A DNA stretch of 63,650 nt, counting the filler, from Octopus bimaculoides (lineage: Eukaryota), in the NCBI RefSeq assembly GCF_001194135.2. It is 6 parts of 4 records of this genome, joined end to end, with 100 filler letters (N's around TTAATTAATTAA, not from the genome) between each part and the next. Parts side by side here need not be neighbours in the genome. Positions count along the whole stretch, not along the records: positions 1 to 18,523 come from NC_068989.1; 5 more parts are not named here. The stretch is one strand, 5' to 3'. Below the pieces are notes generated by a model. That model was given only the letters and a program-made list of their open reading frames with translations. It searched no databases and was not told the DNA's origin. The position numbers were made by a program, and so were the translations under genes. Below, piece after piece: positions 1 to 14,239 of this stretch. Within the stretch, counting starts at the first letter, position 1. Each line of letters begins with the position of its first letter.

Positions 1-368
1 GTATCAAGAAGTACTGTCCCGAAAATAATGACAGCTTTGAGAAAGGGAGAAAAACCTCCTCGTTGAAACAAAACTCCAGAAGAAAACCAAAACTTTCAGA
101 TAAGGACCGTTGGACTCTTACACGAATTGCTAGAAAGGATCACAAAAGTACAGCTCCCAAAATTACTGCAGAGCTTAATGACCACATTGAGAACCCAGTT
201 TCCACAAAAACTGTTCGCCGGGAGCTGCACAAAGCCAGATTTCACAGGCGGGTTGCATTCAGAAAACCACTACTTTAAAAAACAAACGTTGCAAAGCGTT
301 TAGAGTGGAGTAAAAAACCTACAGAATTGGACCCTAGAATAGTGGAAGAACGTTATTTTCTCGGACGT
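1..368 (+). mobile_element. Tc1-family transposase fragment (HTH region to first catalytic Asp), frameshifted
   Basis: ORF 63-278 RKPKLSDKDRWTLTRIARKDHKSTAPKITAELN...VSTKTVRRELHKARF...RKPLL. It continues after a shift as KTNVAKRLEWSK...NWTLE*WKNVIFSD, the Tc1 WxxVIFSDE motif. Cut by the window start. Confidence 0.9.
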
Positions 369-3300
369 TTATAAGCATTTTACATAAACATTTTATATAA
401 TAATTTAGTGATATTTCTGTTCATCTGAAGATGACTGAGAGACATCTAACTGGTAGTTACTTGATTATTTGCTCACCATGTTACTACGCTGTGGTAAAGT
501 GAGAAACTCTAGAGAGGCATAAATCTACGAGTAAGATACACTTTTCAGAAAAATGGTTAATTACATTTATTTCATTTATTACTACTTTTAACATGTCCCT
601 TTGAAATTTGTGTATCAAAACTCTTTGATATTCAAAAGAAATTCACAAAGGGATAAAGAAGTGGATACAACCAATTAGTGTGTATCTTTAATTAATGATA
701 AAATCCTCTCCTGGAATAAAAATTTTGCTTGATCGCTAAAGTTCTGACTAAGACTATTGTATACAACAATGTCTTCTTACAGGAAGATAAACGTTAAAAT
801 AATTTGTAAGATAAGTAAAAATTATGATGCTGTAAATTTTAATTGTTTTGGAATGAAAAATAAATTTATGATGTAGAAACGTATGAACCAAGAAAAGTAT
901 TTCGGTTAATTTTGACGAACGCAAAGGTGTAATATTTTAGGGAAGTCGGTAATTAAAACTTTTGATGCTTGCACCTTCTCTAAGAGCGTTAATAGTATAG
1001 GTGAAGCTAAATATCATCAGTCGATACGCGAAGTCTCTTTGCAATTTCGGTTAAATGTAACCTTATTATTTGCTCTATGGCATTCTGCAATTCCCGAACT
1101 TCATTAAAGAGGCATAAACACTCACGAACACATTTCCCAGAGACAAATATATATGCAAAATAATAGGTTTTGTAGTTTTTTATTAGTTATCAAAATGATA
1201 TCTATATATTTTACTAAAGCATTATCGAAGTTTTGTATCATATCCTGACTCTCTAAAAGAAATATGGCTGTTTATATTTGGACTAACATGTAATAGATTG
1301 TTTTATTTTTACCTATGTCTCTTTCCCCATTAACTTTTCATATTATTGCATTTCAGAAATTAATGAAATCTTCATGCTATTTCTTCACATATTCTCTACT
1401 CTTTTATCTAATATTTTGTTCTTTTCTCTTTATCAAATAGAATGTGAGTAAAAAGTATAATATTTTTTCCAATTTTAATATCTAATTTTATTGGCATCTC
1501 AGTATTAACCCACATTTCAATATGAAGTTTGTCTTCATATATATATATATAAAACATCGGTTAAATGAAGTCAATTCAATAACGAAAAAAGGTTTAGCTC
1601 AAAATATGTTTTACTACGTACCTTGCTCTATTTTCCCGTGTTCAGTTGATATGACTTCATTCTATGAACACCATAGTACTGAATGGACAAATTCTCGAAA
1701 GAATTAGAAATTTAAACTAGAAATTATGAATTACAACACAAGATGGATTATACAACTTATTTCATCAGTTGTCATTGTTTTGATAGTGTAAGAATTCTAA
1801 GTTCCGAGTTCAAATCCCCCAAATGTCATTATTTTATAGTGTACTTTTAAAATTGGCTCATCAGTTCATAACTCATTCTGTTAAATTATTCTTTTATATA
1901 ATATTCTTCAGTATCTTTAACAGTTTTCCCGTGTGAAGTTACTTCTTTTTACCATTTAATAATGTTCTTTATTTAACCGGGATGAACATATTGATGATAA
2001 ATAAAGCCATATATTTTATAGACATGTAACTGGAACGTTAGCAGACTTTAATTTTATTATATAGACCGCCAACCGTATTTTACAATAGTTAACGCTATTT
2101 TTTCCATTCTTTAAATTTTTCAGTATTCATTAATGCTTACAGGCTTTGATTTTTTTCAAGCCTTTGAAAATAGGTTGTATTACTATCAGGAAATTAAAAT
2201 TGGTGAGTGATTTCACAAAAATCCTTCCTACAGTTATTATGAAAATGTTTGTATAATTACATTGATATATCAGTATATTCGCGTATTCTATTAGCAAAAA
2301 TAGGTGGTTATAATTATTTTTTAAATAACTAAACAAGTGTACATTGATTCTCAAAAACAGTGCGTTCAACCAATAATTAGTTCAATGAGTTAATCCATCT
2401 CCACAAATTATATCCATCGCGCTTAAACACTTTCTTAGAAAAACGAAAACAAACAGAAATCATTTACATTTTAAAATTCTTTTAAGCTCGGACCGATATC
2501 CTGCTGCATGTAACTCCATAGTTTGGCAACCATTTCTGAAGTGGTTTCTTCTCAATTATCTTTGTGTTTTGATAAACAGGTGTATTCATTTACATGAATC
2601 AATGTGAAAACATAAAATAATAATAAACGTAAAAAAATATTTGCAAACCTTTTTTTTTTTTTTTTTAAGATTTTAAAACTGTTCGTTTGCCCTTGTAAAA
2701 CCATTTATCATATTATATAGTTGATTGGAAAACCATTTATTTACTTTGTCTTTAATAAAACGGTCAAGACACTTCTCATGATATCATTGAACAGTTGGTT
2801 ACTTTAATGCACTGCTATAGGTTACGAATATATAAATATTCACTAGAGTCAGGGATATAAGACTTTAATTTGATATCAATAAAAACTCTCTTGTGACTAG
2901 AATCTATTTATAAATAAACAGAAAAATGTATGCCTTACTTTAAATGAATTGGAACAATGATATCTATGAAGAAATATTTTCGAGTTGTTTACTCGCCCAC
3001 CAAGACAATACTGGAATACAACAGAGAGCTGCTGAGATAAAGCAGGTTGTTGGCACTAATATCCCGCTAAAAAGGCGTAGGCGATATATCCTTGGAAGGG
3101 CTCACTGTTTCATAGTTTTTAGTGTCTGTTATTGGAATCTATTTTCCTTAAACAACTCCTAGCAGGATCAGACACCTAACAAATGTCATAAACGCCCGTG
3201 CACTCCATTAGCGTAAACACAGAAACATCAATAAGATCTTTGTATAAACTTACTTCCACGTTATGCAAATATGAATTAATGGAAATGCAGACATACAATT

Positions 3301-3424
3301 CTAATGTTTTTTTAATAATTAGAATAAACAAAATAACCAGTCAGTAGAGCTTCAAATTGCTGTTTTCCTTTCCTATTCGGCTCCAATTACAAATTTGCTA
3401 AACACACACAGCGACCCGCTCGCA

Positions 3425-3464
<40 letters not shown>

Positions 3465-4624
3465 CATATTCACATAGAAACAAAATCAAACACATATATA
3501 AATGTGCTTACGTGTTTGTATCTGCTTAATCTATCTCCATGTGCATCTAATTGTATATATATGTGTAAATACCGGAATATAAATAGAGAGATAGCTACAT
3601 AGAAACTCTTAGAGATAGTTATACAGATAGATATGTCATCAGTTGGATAGATATATAGATAAATGGATATGCGGTTAGATGGACATATATTTAGCTATAA
3701 AAACTAGCTAGAGACGAACTTGTCTGTATGTGGAATCACATTTTTTACGTTTGTTTTTTAAGTGTTTATGTATTTCAAGCAATATGGATTGTACAGTCAT
3801 TGTATACTTTCACATGAAAAAAGTGTCGAGATATAGAAAAACAACTATTTTTATTCTTATCTGATTATAAGCCGACTATGTTTAATCAAGTTCATATATA
3901 TAAATACATATTTTCTAATATGTGCATCGGGACACATAAATTTGTAGTATGTAAGTATATATGTGACAATATGGTCCCTACATAATCTGGTAGTTTTTTT
4001 AATTGCTTTGTGATATTAGCAGCTATAATCTGCATTTGGTTACAGCCGATACAGCAAACGACCTTGCGGATAAGGTTTGTGAATAGTTTAGACAAAAATT
4101 GCATCGTTAGCTATAACTCATGAAGAACATTTGTAAAGTTACTGGAAAATACTTATTGAACACGTCTAGAATGTCAAAATAATTTCTAATTAATTATAGT
4201 ATGGATGAAATGTGAAATCAACCATATAATAAATGATCTTTGTTACGAATCAATCAGCCGTTTAGAAAGGAATTATAATACCGTTTTGATAGGTCATGAA
4301 ATCGTCTTTCAGATAATAGAAACTAGAAGTGACTGGTTATCTTATAAACGTAATTTTTGACCGGCCACCTACTTGGTAGCAAGGTTGTGAAGGAAAGTAT
4401 CTTCTTTTAGCCATCACCTTTTAAATCTTAAGAAGGTCCTGCAGATTTTAATAGTTCCAGATATCGTGATCATTTGTTGCATATGAATTAAAGATTAGCA
4501 TTCTCTTCTCAAGATCTCAAATTCAGCTATACTTTCCTCCAGACGGGTTTGTATGTATCCCGTTATTCCAATAATAATAATTATGAAGCTGAAAATGTAT
4601 GAATGTATGTATATACGATTGTAA

Positions 4625-4890
4625 TGTCGTGTCACTCTTAGTCCTAGTAGTAACTTGCAATCCAGTAAAACCTATCACATGGTCGGGATGTCGGCGACTA
4701 AACAGGCAACCCTATCAAACCTGCTTGGTAAGGAGGATAGGTTTCGTTGAACACCGTGCAGAATGAAAAACACAACCCATCAAAGGATTAATGAACTCTG
4801 TAGAGTTAACGGCTATCAAACAATTCGGAGTAAGAGATCCTTAATCCTCTTTGTTTAGACCTTTCTCTAGGAGAAGGAAATTTCGAAATA
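4625..4890 (+). repeat. Interspersed repeat, probably 5' region of an RTE-type LINE
   Basis: Homologous by eye to the minus-strand copy at 19995-20190 (CATGGTCGGG...AACCCTA.CAA...TAGAGTTAACG.CTATC.AAC). Carries CTAGGAGAAGGAAA at about 4867, a motif I recall from RTE 5' UTRs. Family assignment is inference. Confidence 0.5.
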
Positions 4891-5908
4891 ATGGCCGACT
4901 CATTACAAAGCCAGCGATCTTATTTTTGCTTGTTTCTGGACTACTTGGCTTTGTAGCTGTGAGTCTTAGCAGTGATGTGCAAGCTGTTATTAACATTAAG
5001 TTTCAGCACTGTCATTGCTGACAGCAGTTGTCTTAAACATCTAGGATCAGATAATTTGTCAGTGATGGTTAATCGGCTACGAGCTGAGAGCACTATGTAT
5101 GTATGTATGTATGTATGTATGTATGTATGTATGTATGTATGTATGCATGTATGTATGTATGTGTCAGTCTGTGTGTTAGTCTATCTATGAATCTAGCTCT
5201 ATATTGGACTCTCTCTCTCTCTCTCTATCTGTCTATAAATTAAATATACATACCCTTCTCTCTTTACGATACTGCCTACTTAAAAGTATTAAAGTACATA
5301 AATAGTTGCATATACTCTCATACATAAACATCGACATACGAACATGCCCATGTACTCGTGCAGAAATTTAATAACATACAGTGGTATGAAACCAAAGTGC
5401 TATTTCTTTTCTTTATTTTTTTAACATAAGAAAAATCTACAACATAGAGTAGAGATTTATACAGAAAAGTTAGATCTATATACAATGACAAAAATAGAAC
5501 ATAATCAGAATATAGAATTATTTCCTTTGTTTCTTAGATAAGAAAAAAAAATTCAAGATGTAAGGGTGACGAGACTGGTTGGAATTCGGACAACAATAAA
5601 CTAGTAGTGTCAATGCTAAACGTTGAAAAGTTCTACATATTTTTAGTGTTTCACTGACAGAATGAATGCGTGAAATGTAGGTCAATTGTCTTTGCCCAGG
5701 CTTTGAGAAGTGTAACATTACGAGCTTAGTAACAATAATAATGATCATTCTCCAACATTAAGTACAAACGTTACAGGCAGTATGTAGGTTACAATTTCTC
5801 TCTAACCACTGATCTTTGGTGTGGAAAGTATGTGTCAGGTAGAGAATGACTACTTTATAGAATTTATGTTGGATACACTGTTGTTGCTCACATATTGTAA
5901 ACATATAA

Positions 5909-6047
5909 GCACAGGCATGGGTGCGTTGTTAAGAAGCTCGCTTCGCAGCTACGTGTTCTCGGGTTCAGTTCCATTGCGCGGCACTTTGCGCAAGTGTTTT
6001 CTACTATAACACCGGCCGGTCAATGACTTGCGAGTGAATTTCGAAGC

Positions 6048-6048
<1 letters not shown>
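5909..6048 (+). mobile_element. tRNA-derived SINE family D, 5' head
   Basis: Diverged match to the head of the full copy at 9486 (GGTTCAGTTCCATTGCGCGGCACTTTGCGCAAGTGTTTTCTACTATA). Confidence 0.8.
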
Positions 6049-6078
<30 letters not shown>

Positions 6079-6290
6079 AGTGCGTGTGTTGTGTGTGTTT
6101 AATTTGTTTGGACTAATAGGTGTATGTCACTTAGTGTGTTGAGTAAAGCACGTTCACAGTTTGGGCTACCTGGTGTCATCTACGGTTGGAGTATATTTAC
6201 GCTGTATATATACAGTCATCTCCCTGTGACTTCGACAAATTTGATTAACGACGAAATCACAGAGATTGAAGGCTCAAATATTTTATTTTT

Positions 6291-6624
6291 TATCTTCTAC
6301 TTGTTGCAGTCACTAGACTGCGGCCATGCTGGGGTACTGCCTTGAAAACTTTTTTCTTAGCCGAATGAATCGACTCCGGGACTTTTTAAAGTCTGGTACT
6401 TATTCTATAACCCCCTTTTACCGAACGTAAATCAAACAGCACCTGTTGTCAAGCGGTGGCGAGGGACAAACACAGATACACACGTGCGCGCGCGCACAGA
6501 CGTACACACACACATACACACACACATAAACACACACAGACACGCACATATACGAAGGGCTTCTTACAGTTTCCGTCTACCGAATCCACTCACAAGGCTG
6601 TGGTCGGCCCGGAGTTATAGCAGA

Positions 6625-6625
<1 letters not shown>
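6291..6625 (-). mobile_element. SINE family D, 5'-truncated
   Basis: Reverse-complement match to the body and tail of 9486-9950, including the internal CA microsatellite. Confidence 0.85.
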
Positions 6626-6702
<77 letters not shown>

Positions 6703-7479
6703 GTGTCTATGTAAGTAGATGCATGCATCTCCGTCAGTTCCGCTGATGAGCAATGAGTTGCTCGAGCTTTTGAAATAACCGTCTAATTTAGTGCCTGAGA
6801 ATTCCACAAGCATTTAGACTTTTAACGTAATCCTGAGGCCGAATCAGTATGATATAGTGTGTCTGATAAGAATGTACCTCTGAATTCACATGTAGTACAA
6901 TCCATCCGAGTGGCTTCTACACATCCGTCTACCCAGTTTCAACCGAGTAAGCTTGGGTTGACTAGAGGCAATATTAAAAGACACTACACAAGATGCCACG
7001 CATTGGGACCAAATGCGGAACCTAATGACCGGCAAGCGAACTTTTAAACCATTAGTCCATTCTGTGCGTGCGATATACATGCATACATACATAGCTACAT
7101 ACATGCATACGTAGGTACACACACATACACGCATACGTATATGGATTTAGAGAATTGTGCAGCTATCACAGTGAACTCCTGTTACAGACTTATCTATCAG
7201 TCCACGTAGTAATTAATCAGAAAGTAGTGTAATGTATATTGTCCATGTAACTGAAAATCAAGATAACCCTTCCGATAAAATCATTCTGTGACATATATAT
7301 ATAAGGCATAAAGTCAGGAGATATGAGAGGGGAAGCCACCTGAGCTCTATGAGATTCTGGCCGTTTCGCAATCTTTTGTCATATTAATTTCAGTATGCAA
7401 GAAATTATACGTACGTTTGTATGAATATATACATTATACTCAACACTATATAATTCTAATATTCCTTTCTAATATAGGC

Positions 7480-8335
7480 ACAAGACATAAAATTTTGGGG
7501 GAGGGTGCAAGTCGATTACATCGACCCCCCAGTGCTCAACGGCTACTTACTTTATCGACCCCGAAAACAATGAAAGACAAAGGATGAAACAAAAACTGTA
7601 TAATTGTAATATTTAAAAAAATAATGCAAATAAGGAAATCTAGGTCATCAGATCATCAGCACATGGTTACATCAACAGTTCGTCTTTAGGTACATAAAAT
7701 TTACTCTTCATATTTACAATGTATGTCAAGCTAGACCTGGACAAAACAACATTGATAATCGCAGTTAATATTAGGCTGATGCAAGCAGCGAGCTGGCAGA
7801 ATCGTTACCCTGCCGGGGAAAATGCTTGGCAGTATTTCGTTGGTCTTAATATTAAACGACCGAAGGTGGCAATCTGGCAGAATCGTTTGCACACCGGGCA
7901 AAACGCATAGCGAGGTCGACTTTGGGTTTCATCCTTTCGGAGTTGATAAAATATGTACCAGTTGAACCCTGAAGTCGATGTAATCGACTTAACCCTTTTC
8001 CCGAAATTGGCCTTCTGCCAAAATTTGAAATCGATATTATGGACATTATAGTTAAAATCTAATTAAATATATATGTAATGATTATATGATATCGATAGTT
8101 TAAGGTGGTGAGCTGGCAGAATTGTTAGCACGCCGAGCAGAATGTTTAGCAACATTTCTTTTGTTTCTTTACGCTCTGAGTACAAATTCCGCCGAGGACG
8201 ACTTTGTCTTTCATTTTTTGGAGATCGATAACATACGTACCAGTTGATTATTGGGGTCGATGTAATCGACTTACCCCTTCACCGAAATTGCTGGCCTTGT
8301 GCCAAAGTTCGAAACCAATATTAGACCGATGATTA
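7480..8335. mobile_element. Cluster of SINE family C copies (7480-7580 minus; 7785-8040 plus with duplicated head; 8105-8335 plus)
   Basis: Repeated GAGCTGGCAGAATCGTT head and GAGGTCGACTTTG...TTTCATCCTTTCGG..TCGATAA body. Confidence 0.85.
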
Positions 8336-8459
8336 AAGAAGGAAAAAATTATAGAGTAAAACATATACGGTTTCTGACGTTCATCGGATACGAGAGGAAA
8401 ATCCAGGGAGGGACAAGGAGGAGAGGAAAGAAGAAAGAGAAATGTACGTAGGTTAGGTT

Positions 8460-8513
8460 CACGTGTTTGACTCACCGGAAGTGTGAGAGGTGATTGTGGT
8501 TTTAAAGGTAAGA
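8460..8513 (+). promoter_or_regulatory. Candidate regulatory cluster: E-box, AP-1 and ETS motifs followed by a 5' splice site
   Basis: CACGTG 8460-8465, TGACTCA 8468-8474, CCGGAAGTG 8475-8483, AAG|GTAAGA with GT at 8508-8509. Motif presence only. Confidence 0.3.
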
Positions 8514-9485
8514 GAATGATACAGGAGGAGTGCCAGTTGGTATGTGGATGCATATGAATGTATTTATGTGTGCGGACGTATGTGTATGTAGTGTGTATGT
8601 GTATCTATATTCGTGAGTATGTTTGTCTGTGTGCGTGTATTTGTTTATATATAGGAGGTACGAGCAGTGGATGTGAGAGAGAAAGTGTGTGTGTTTGGTT
8701 CGTAAGATCAGCAGTGACTGTGTGTGTGCTCGTACGTATATATGTATCTGTATATATGTGTGTGAGTTAGTGTGCAGCGTAGGGAAAATTTGAGCTTGTA
8801 TGCATATGCGCGTGTGTGTGTCTGTGAATACGAATGGTAGGAAGCTAAGGTATATGGTTGCAGTGAAGACCGACTGGTGTGTGGTGTGCGCGTGCGCGTC
8901 TGTACGTGTGAATTCGTGTGAGTGTGTATTTGTGTGTGTTCGTATGTATGTGTCCCTCATTAGAAATGTTAAGTCCTCTTTCAACGATGTAAACTCTGAA
9001 TCGAATTTGGAACCTCTATTGAGAAGTCACAAATCGTCCAGTTGTCGTCTGTAATCATTGTAAAGCTTTTTCGACAGCGCTGCTTATTCGCATAATTATG
9101 GATTACACTAATATCGTATAGTTTCCTTATTCATTTGGATTTCCTACTGATTTTATGAAAACTTCGTTCCATATTGGTTTTTGATCCCGTTTGAGAAGGC
9201 ATCTGTAGATTTAATATCAAAACATTGAATTCATTAAAAAGCCATCCACAAACAAAAATGCGGCAACGGAATCCGATATTAATAAATGGACTATAATCTA
9301 TAATATTGTCATTATTTTGTCATGCACAAGAGACAATTACGAATACGTTCTAATATTATTCTGACATCATCAATGAAATATGGCCTTAACCATATTGACT
9401 GTATCAGTAAGGAATCAGTGGGTAAATGTATAATATTGTATATTTGTTGGTGAAGGAAAACTGAAATGTTAATAGCTCAAACACA

Positions 9486-9950
9486 GGCACAGGCGTGGCT
9501 TGTGGTAAGAAGCTTGCTTCCCAGCCACACAGTTCTGGGTTCAGTCCCACTGCGTGGCACCTTGGGCAGAAGTCTTCTACTATATTCTTGAGCAGACCAA
9601 AGCCTTGTGAGTGGATTTGGTAGACGGAAACTGAAAGAAGCCCGTCGTGTATATACATATATATACATATATATATATATATGTACATATATATATATAT
9701 ATATATGCATGTGTGTGTGTGCATGCGTTTATGTGTGTGTCTGTGCTTGAACCCTGGCCATTGTTTGACAACCGATACTGGTGAGTTTATTCCCCGTAGC
9801 ATAGCGGTTCAGCAAAAGAAACCGATAGAATAAGTACTAGGCTTACAAAGCATGATTCCTGGGGTCGATTTCTTCGACTAAAACCCTTTAAGGCGGTGCT
9901 CCAGCAAAGCCGCAGAAAAACGACTGAAACAAGTAAAAGAATAAAAGAAT
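9486..9950 (+). mobile_element. Near full-length tRNA-derived SINE family D
   Basis: A-box-like (TGGCTTGTGGTAAG) and B-box-like (GGGTTCAGTCCC) head, internal TA/CA microsatellite, GGCGGTGCTCCAGCA body, (AAAAGAAT) tail. More than 15 related fragments in the window. Confidence 0.92.
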
Positions 9951-10710
9951 ACCATCCATGTCACACTTAAGGAGTAAGTTTCTGTCAACTCTACGCATAG
10001 GCCATTGAAAAGCAGTCGTATTTTTTGTGGCCTTATTTAATAGCAATGCAAATATTTTGAGCAGCATATAATTTAACAGGATAATCCCATTTCTAACACA
10101 CAGCCTATGTAAATTAAAGGCATTGTTTTACAATTAAAATATAGTATTTTAAAAGCATTTTAATAATGTTTATTGCCAATTTATTATTGGAAATAACGTT
10201 TTTACCTTGATTATTCAATTAGTAATCAGTGAAAAAGGGGATAGAGACATCAAGTGTATTTTATTTGCTACATGTATGGATACCTCATGGGTATAATAAA
10301 GTCATAAATGTATGGTTGTAAGAAAATTTTAATTGCATTTATTGATTTCTTTTAACTGAGCCCAGGACAATTGTTATAGAAAATCGATATATTGAATAAA
10401 ATGGACTACGGTACATTATATCTAGAGAATTCAATGGATAAAATCAGGTGGTTCTGTAATGAATTTTAAGTACGAGCTCTTAATGTTGCTGGCAAGATAT
10501 ACTTCCGGGCCCTAATAATTGTTTTTTTGTGTATGTATTATGTATTAATACTTAAGAATATAGTAAGTCGTTTGTCGATTTTTCGTGGACTGGGAAACGA
10601 AACCTCGTTGTAGATTACGCTTGATAGAATTTTATCCATGGCGCTCAGTACTATAAGCAGCAACCAATACGAACGGCAACAACAACAATTGCAAAAGTGA
10701 TGACGGTATT

Positions 10711-11101
10711 TTTTTTTTTTGGCACTCTGTCGCTTACGACGTCGAGGGTTCCAGTTGATCCGATCAACGGAACAGCCTGCTCGTGAAATTAATGTGCAAG
10801 TGGCTGAGCACTCCACTGACACGTGTACCCTTAACGTAGTTCTCGAGGGAGATTCAGCGTGACACAGTGTAACAAGGCTGGCCCCTTTGAATTACAGGCA
10901 CAACAGAAACAGGAAGAAAGAGTGAGAGAAAGTTGTGGTGGAAGAGTACAGCAGGGTTCGCCACCATCCCCTGCCGGAGCCTCGTGGAGCTTTTTAGGTG
11001 TTTTCGCGCAATAAATACTCACAACGCCCGGTCTAGGAATCGAAACCGCAATCCTATGACCGCGAGTTCGCTGCCCTAACCACTGGGCCATTACACCTCC
11101 A
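10711..11101 (-). mobile_element. Full-length tRNA-derived SINE family A with 12-bp TSD
   Basis: tRNA-like head on minus (TGGCCCAGTGGTTAGGGCAGCGAACTCGCGGTCATAGGATTGCGGTTTCGATTCC), poly-A tail, GATGACGGTATT duplicated at 10699-10710 and 11103-11114. Confidence 0.95.
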
Positions 11102-12076
11102 CGATGACGGTATTAATAAAGAACAAAATAGAAAATAATGAGGCGAAATATAACAATCGTCTTTTACACAAATGAATGAATTGTTTTTGTTGAAGTCGAG
11201 TCTCTTTTGAAAATGCCTTCATTATCACTTAAAAAACAACAAACAAAGATACAACCAAATGAACAGATTTCTTGAAAATATAACTGGAAACATAGTAATA
11301 TAAACCATAATGTTTTACGAAATGTTTTGTGCTTAGCATTTGAAATATACGAAGACACTGTTGTTTTTGTCTCTTTTCTGATGTAACATAATTTAGGGAA
11401 TACAAGGTCTACTGAAATTGTGTCATTTGATTTTTGTTTGTAGTTTCCAACTTAACATTTCCAACCAACGCAAATAGGAAGTAAAATAATTCAAATCTAC
11501 ACACATGCAGATAGTTATGATGCATGTATCATACAGAATCTCGGCTTGTCAAAATCATTATATCATTCTAAATATATTTCTCTTTCAGTTGTTTTATTCT
11601 AAGTGATTTTAAAAAGACTCCCTCGACAATTTTATCAGTTAATATTTCAGAGCGATCCTTAACATGTGAGTAATATCAACTAACAACTTTCTGAATAAAA
11701 TGAACAGGCATTCTGTCAAAGCTACGGTGCCTTCTTGGGAAAACGCCTTCAGATGTTCTTAAATTATAGTTTTACCAAAGCCAATGTAACCATGTCCAAT
11801 TAACNNNNNNNNNNCCTTTCTGATTCTATCTGACGATTCTTATCTCAGCTTAAAAAAAAAAAAAGGAAACGGTGGTGATATCTTTCACGGATCACATGTA
11901 GACCAGGAAAGTATGCGTGAAAAAAGATTTTTGGTTTATCTCTTTCATTTTAAGAAGAGATGGTAGTTATTTTCTTAAAGATATGTATTATGATCCCTAA
12001 TCATACAATACATATACACACACATATACGGACACGCACGCATACACACACACACGCAATCATACACACACACACA

Positions 12077-12109
<33 letters not shown>

Positions 12110-12150
12110 GTACATGTTTGTGTGTGCGTGCGCACGCATACAATTATATA

Positions 12151-12191
<41 letters not shown>

Positions 12192-12226
12192 TACACACAT
12201 ACGTGTATACGGACGTTTCCGTTTTC

Positions 12227-12263
12227 CTTTCTGACGAAGAGCTTATGCTCAAAACTTCAAAAG
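12227..12263 (+). ncRNA. Degenerate minimal type I hammerhead ribozyme (PLE terminal-repeat type), probably inactive
   Basis: CTTT-CTGACGA-A-GAGC ttat GCTC-AAAAC-TTC-AAAAG. The core and 4-bp stem II are intact; GAAAC is mutated to AAAAC and stem III is damaged. Confidence 0.6.
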
Positions 12264-13628
12264 CTCTCCACTTTTTCCCACCGATACCGAGTGTCTAACT
12301 AATAAATTCCATATGCACGTCCTCTTGTTGTTTTGTTATTGTTACTTTTTATTGTTCTATTATTCAATTTGACTATATATGTATAGTCAAATCGGCAGAA
12401 GGTGAAGAATCAATTCTTTAATGGAATTTTGGGAAATTATCTAGAGCTCAAGTTCTCCATGATGGTGATTGTAAACAATTAGTTAACCAGAATCTAATTA
12501 GAATAAAAATCACAAACAATACTCCCCTATTAGGATTAACGAAGATCAAGGGCATGACCAAAGATAAAATAGAACAATGACGTAATATTTTCAAAAAAGA
12601 AAAATATATTTAAATTTATGCCCATATAGTCACTCACGAGCGCGCACACACTCATGCACTACAATTGCAACTGTAATTAAATTTTCTTGGTTCGCTATAT
12701 TAAGCATGATTGTATCCCTCTAACTAAACGTAGATACATCGAGGACTGTTGTCGTTATATCTGTAACAGTTTGTACATCAAGTTGATTCGAAGAAAAAAA
12801 TTGCAGAACAGTTTCTGGTTATGTGGTACGGGTTACAACATTTTCGTTTTGATAAGTTTTACTATGTGTATAATATTTATGCAAGTCTGATTCTGTTAGG
12901 CTAAATGGGTTTATTATATTTAGAGGAAATGAAGTAAAATTACAGGCTTGGTGGCAGTTATATAAATAATAAACTTGAAAACAGTAAACATTTTTTGGGG
13001 GAAAATGAGTTTTGAGTTGTTATTTCAGAAAAACTACGAAGGTTTTCTTTATTAACAGAAGAGTTTAATCCTTAAAAAAAATTTTTTTTATATATATCTG
13101 TTGAGAAATCTTCCGAACAGAGCTGGAAGTGTGTTGTATTGTTATTATATGTTGATTTTGAAATAATAGGAAACATACTGTAAACTGACTTTGTTTGGAG
13201 CGCCTGATTGTCATTGAAGGAGTTATCTCTTCGGCAATGTTTACAAAGATGGAAAAAAGTTAGCTGATTAGTATAATGATGGCTTTTCAAATTGTTTATT
13301 TAGAAGCACATCTCGAGGCTATTAAAGCTAACAGATAGAAGCCAAGCAAACAGCAAGATGAGACACAAGGACCACACACAACACTGTATGTTGCATTGTC
13401 CGAAAGACACAGAGCAACAGTAATTACAATAAGTATTCCTTATCTATAAGGTATAAAATGATCTTTAAGATATTCGTTCGTTTTCATTTGATTTGCGAAA
13501 GCAGTTGCTTTTGACTTGAATATCATTCAAATATAAATTTACGTTCTTTTATTTACTATGTAATATATGTGTATATATACACACACATACACTATCTATA
13601 TATGTATATATATATGTATATATATTTA

Positions 13629-13714
<86 letters not shown>

Positions 13715-14239
13715 CATATATATACATATATATATTTATATACATATGTACAGATATATATATATTTATNNNNNNNNNNNNNNNNNNNNNNNNNNNNNNN
13801 NNNNNNNNNNNNNNNNNNNNNNNNNNNNNNNNNNNNNNNNNNNNNNNNNNNNNNNNNNNNNNNNNNNNNNNNNNNNNNNNNNNNNNNNNNNNNNNNNNNN
13901 NNNNNNNNNNNNNNNNNNNNNNNNNNNNNNNNNNNNNNNNNNNNNNNNNNNNNNNNNNNNNNNNNNNNNNNNNNNNNNNNNNNNNNNNNNNNNNNNNNNN
14001 NNNNNNNNNNNNNNNNNNNNNNNNNNNNNNNNNNNNNNNNNNNNNNNNNNNNNNNNNNNNNNNNNNNNNNNNNNNNNNNNNNNNNNNNNNNNNNNNNNNN
14101 NNNNNNNNNNNNNNNNNNNNNNNNNNNNNNNNNNNNNNNNNNNNNNNNNNNTATGTATGTGTGTGTGTGTGTGTATGTGTGTGTGTGTGTGTGAGTGTGT
14201 GTGTGTGTGTATGTGTGTGTCTTTACGTTAAGCTACGGG

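Noticed and set aside
420-462. CTGAAGATG...TAACTGGTA possible HHR relic
   Set aside because: GAAAC is absent and the stems do not pair convincingly.
477-524. 48-nt minus-strand exon-like segment (IYASLEFLTLPQRSNM)
   Set aside because: The splice sites are moderate, there is no homology, and such segments are expected by chance in 63 kb.
6740-6790. CTGATGAGCAAtgagTTGCTC hairpin resembling a hammerhead
   Set aside because: There is no correctly placed GAAA and no stem I.
8955-9240. Broken peptide KKLYNDYRRQLDDL on minus
   Set aside because: It has multiple stops and no assignable family.
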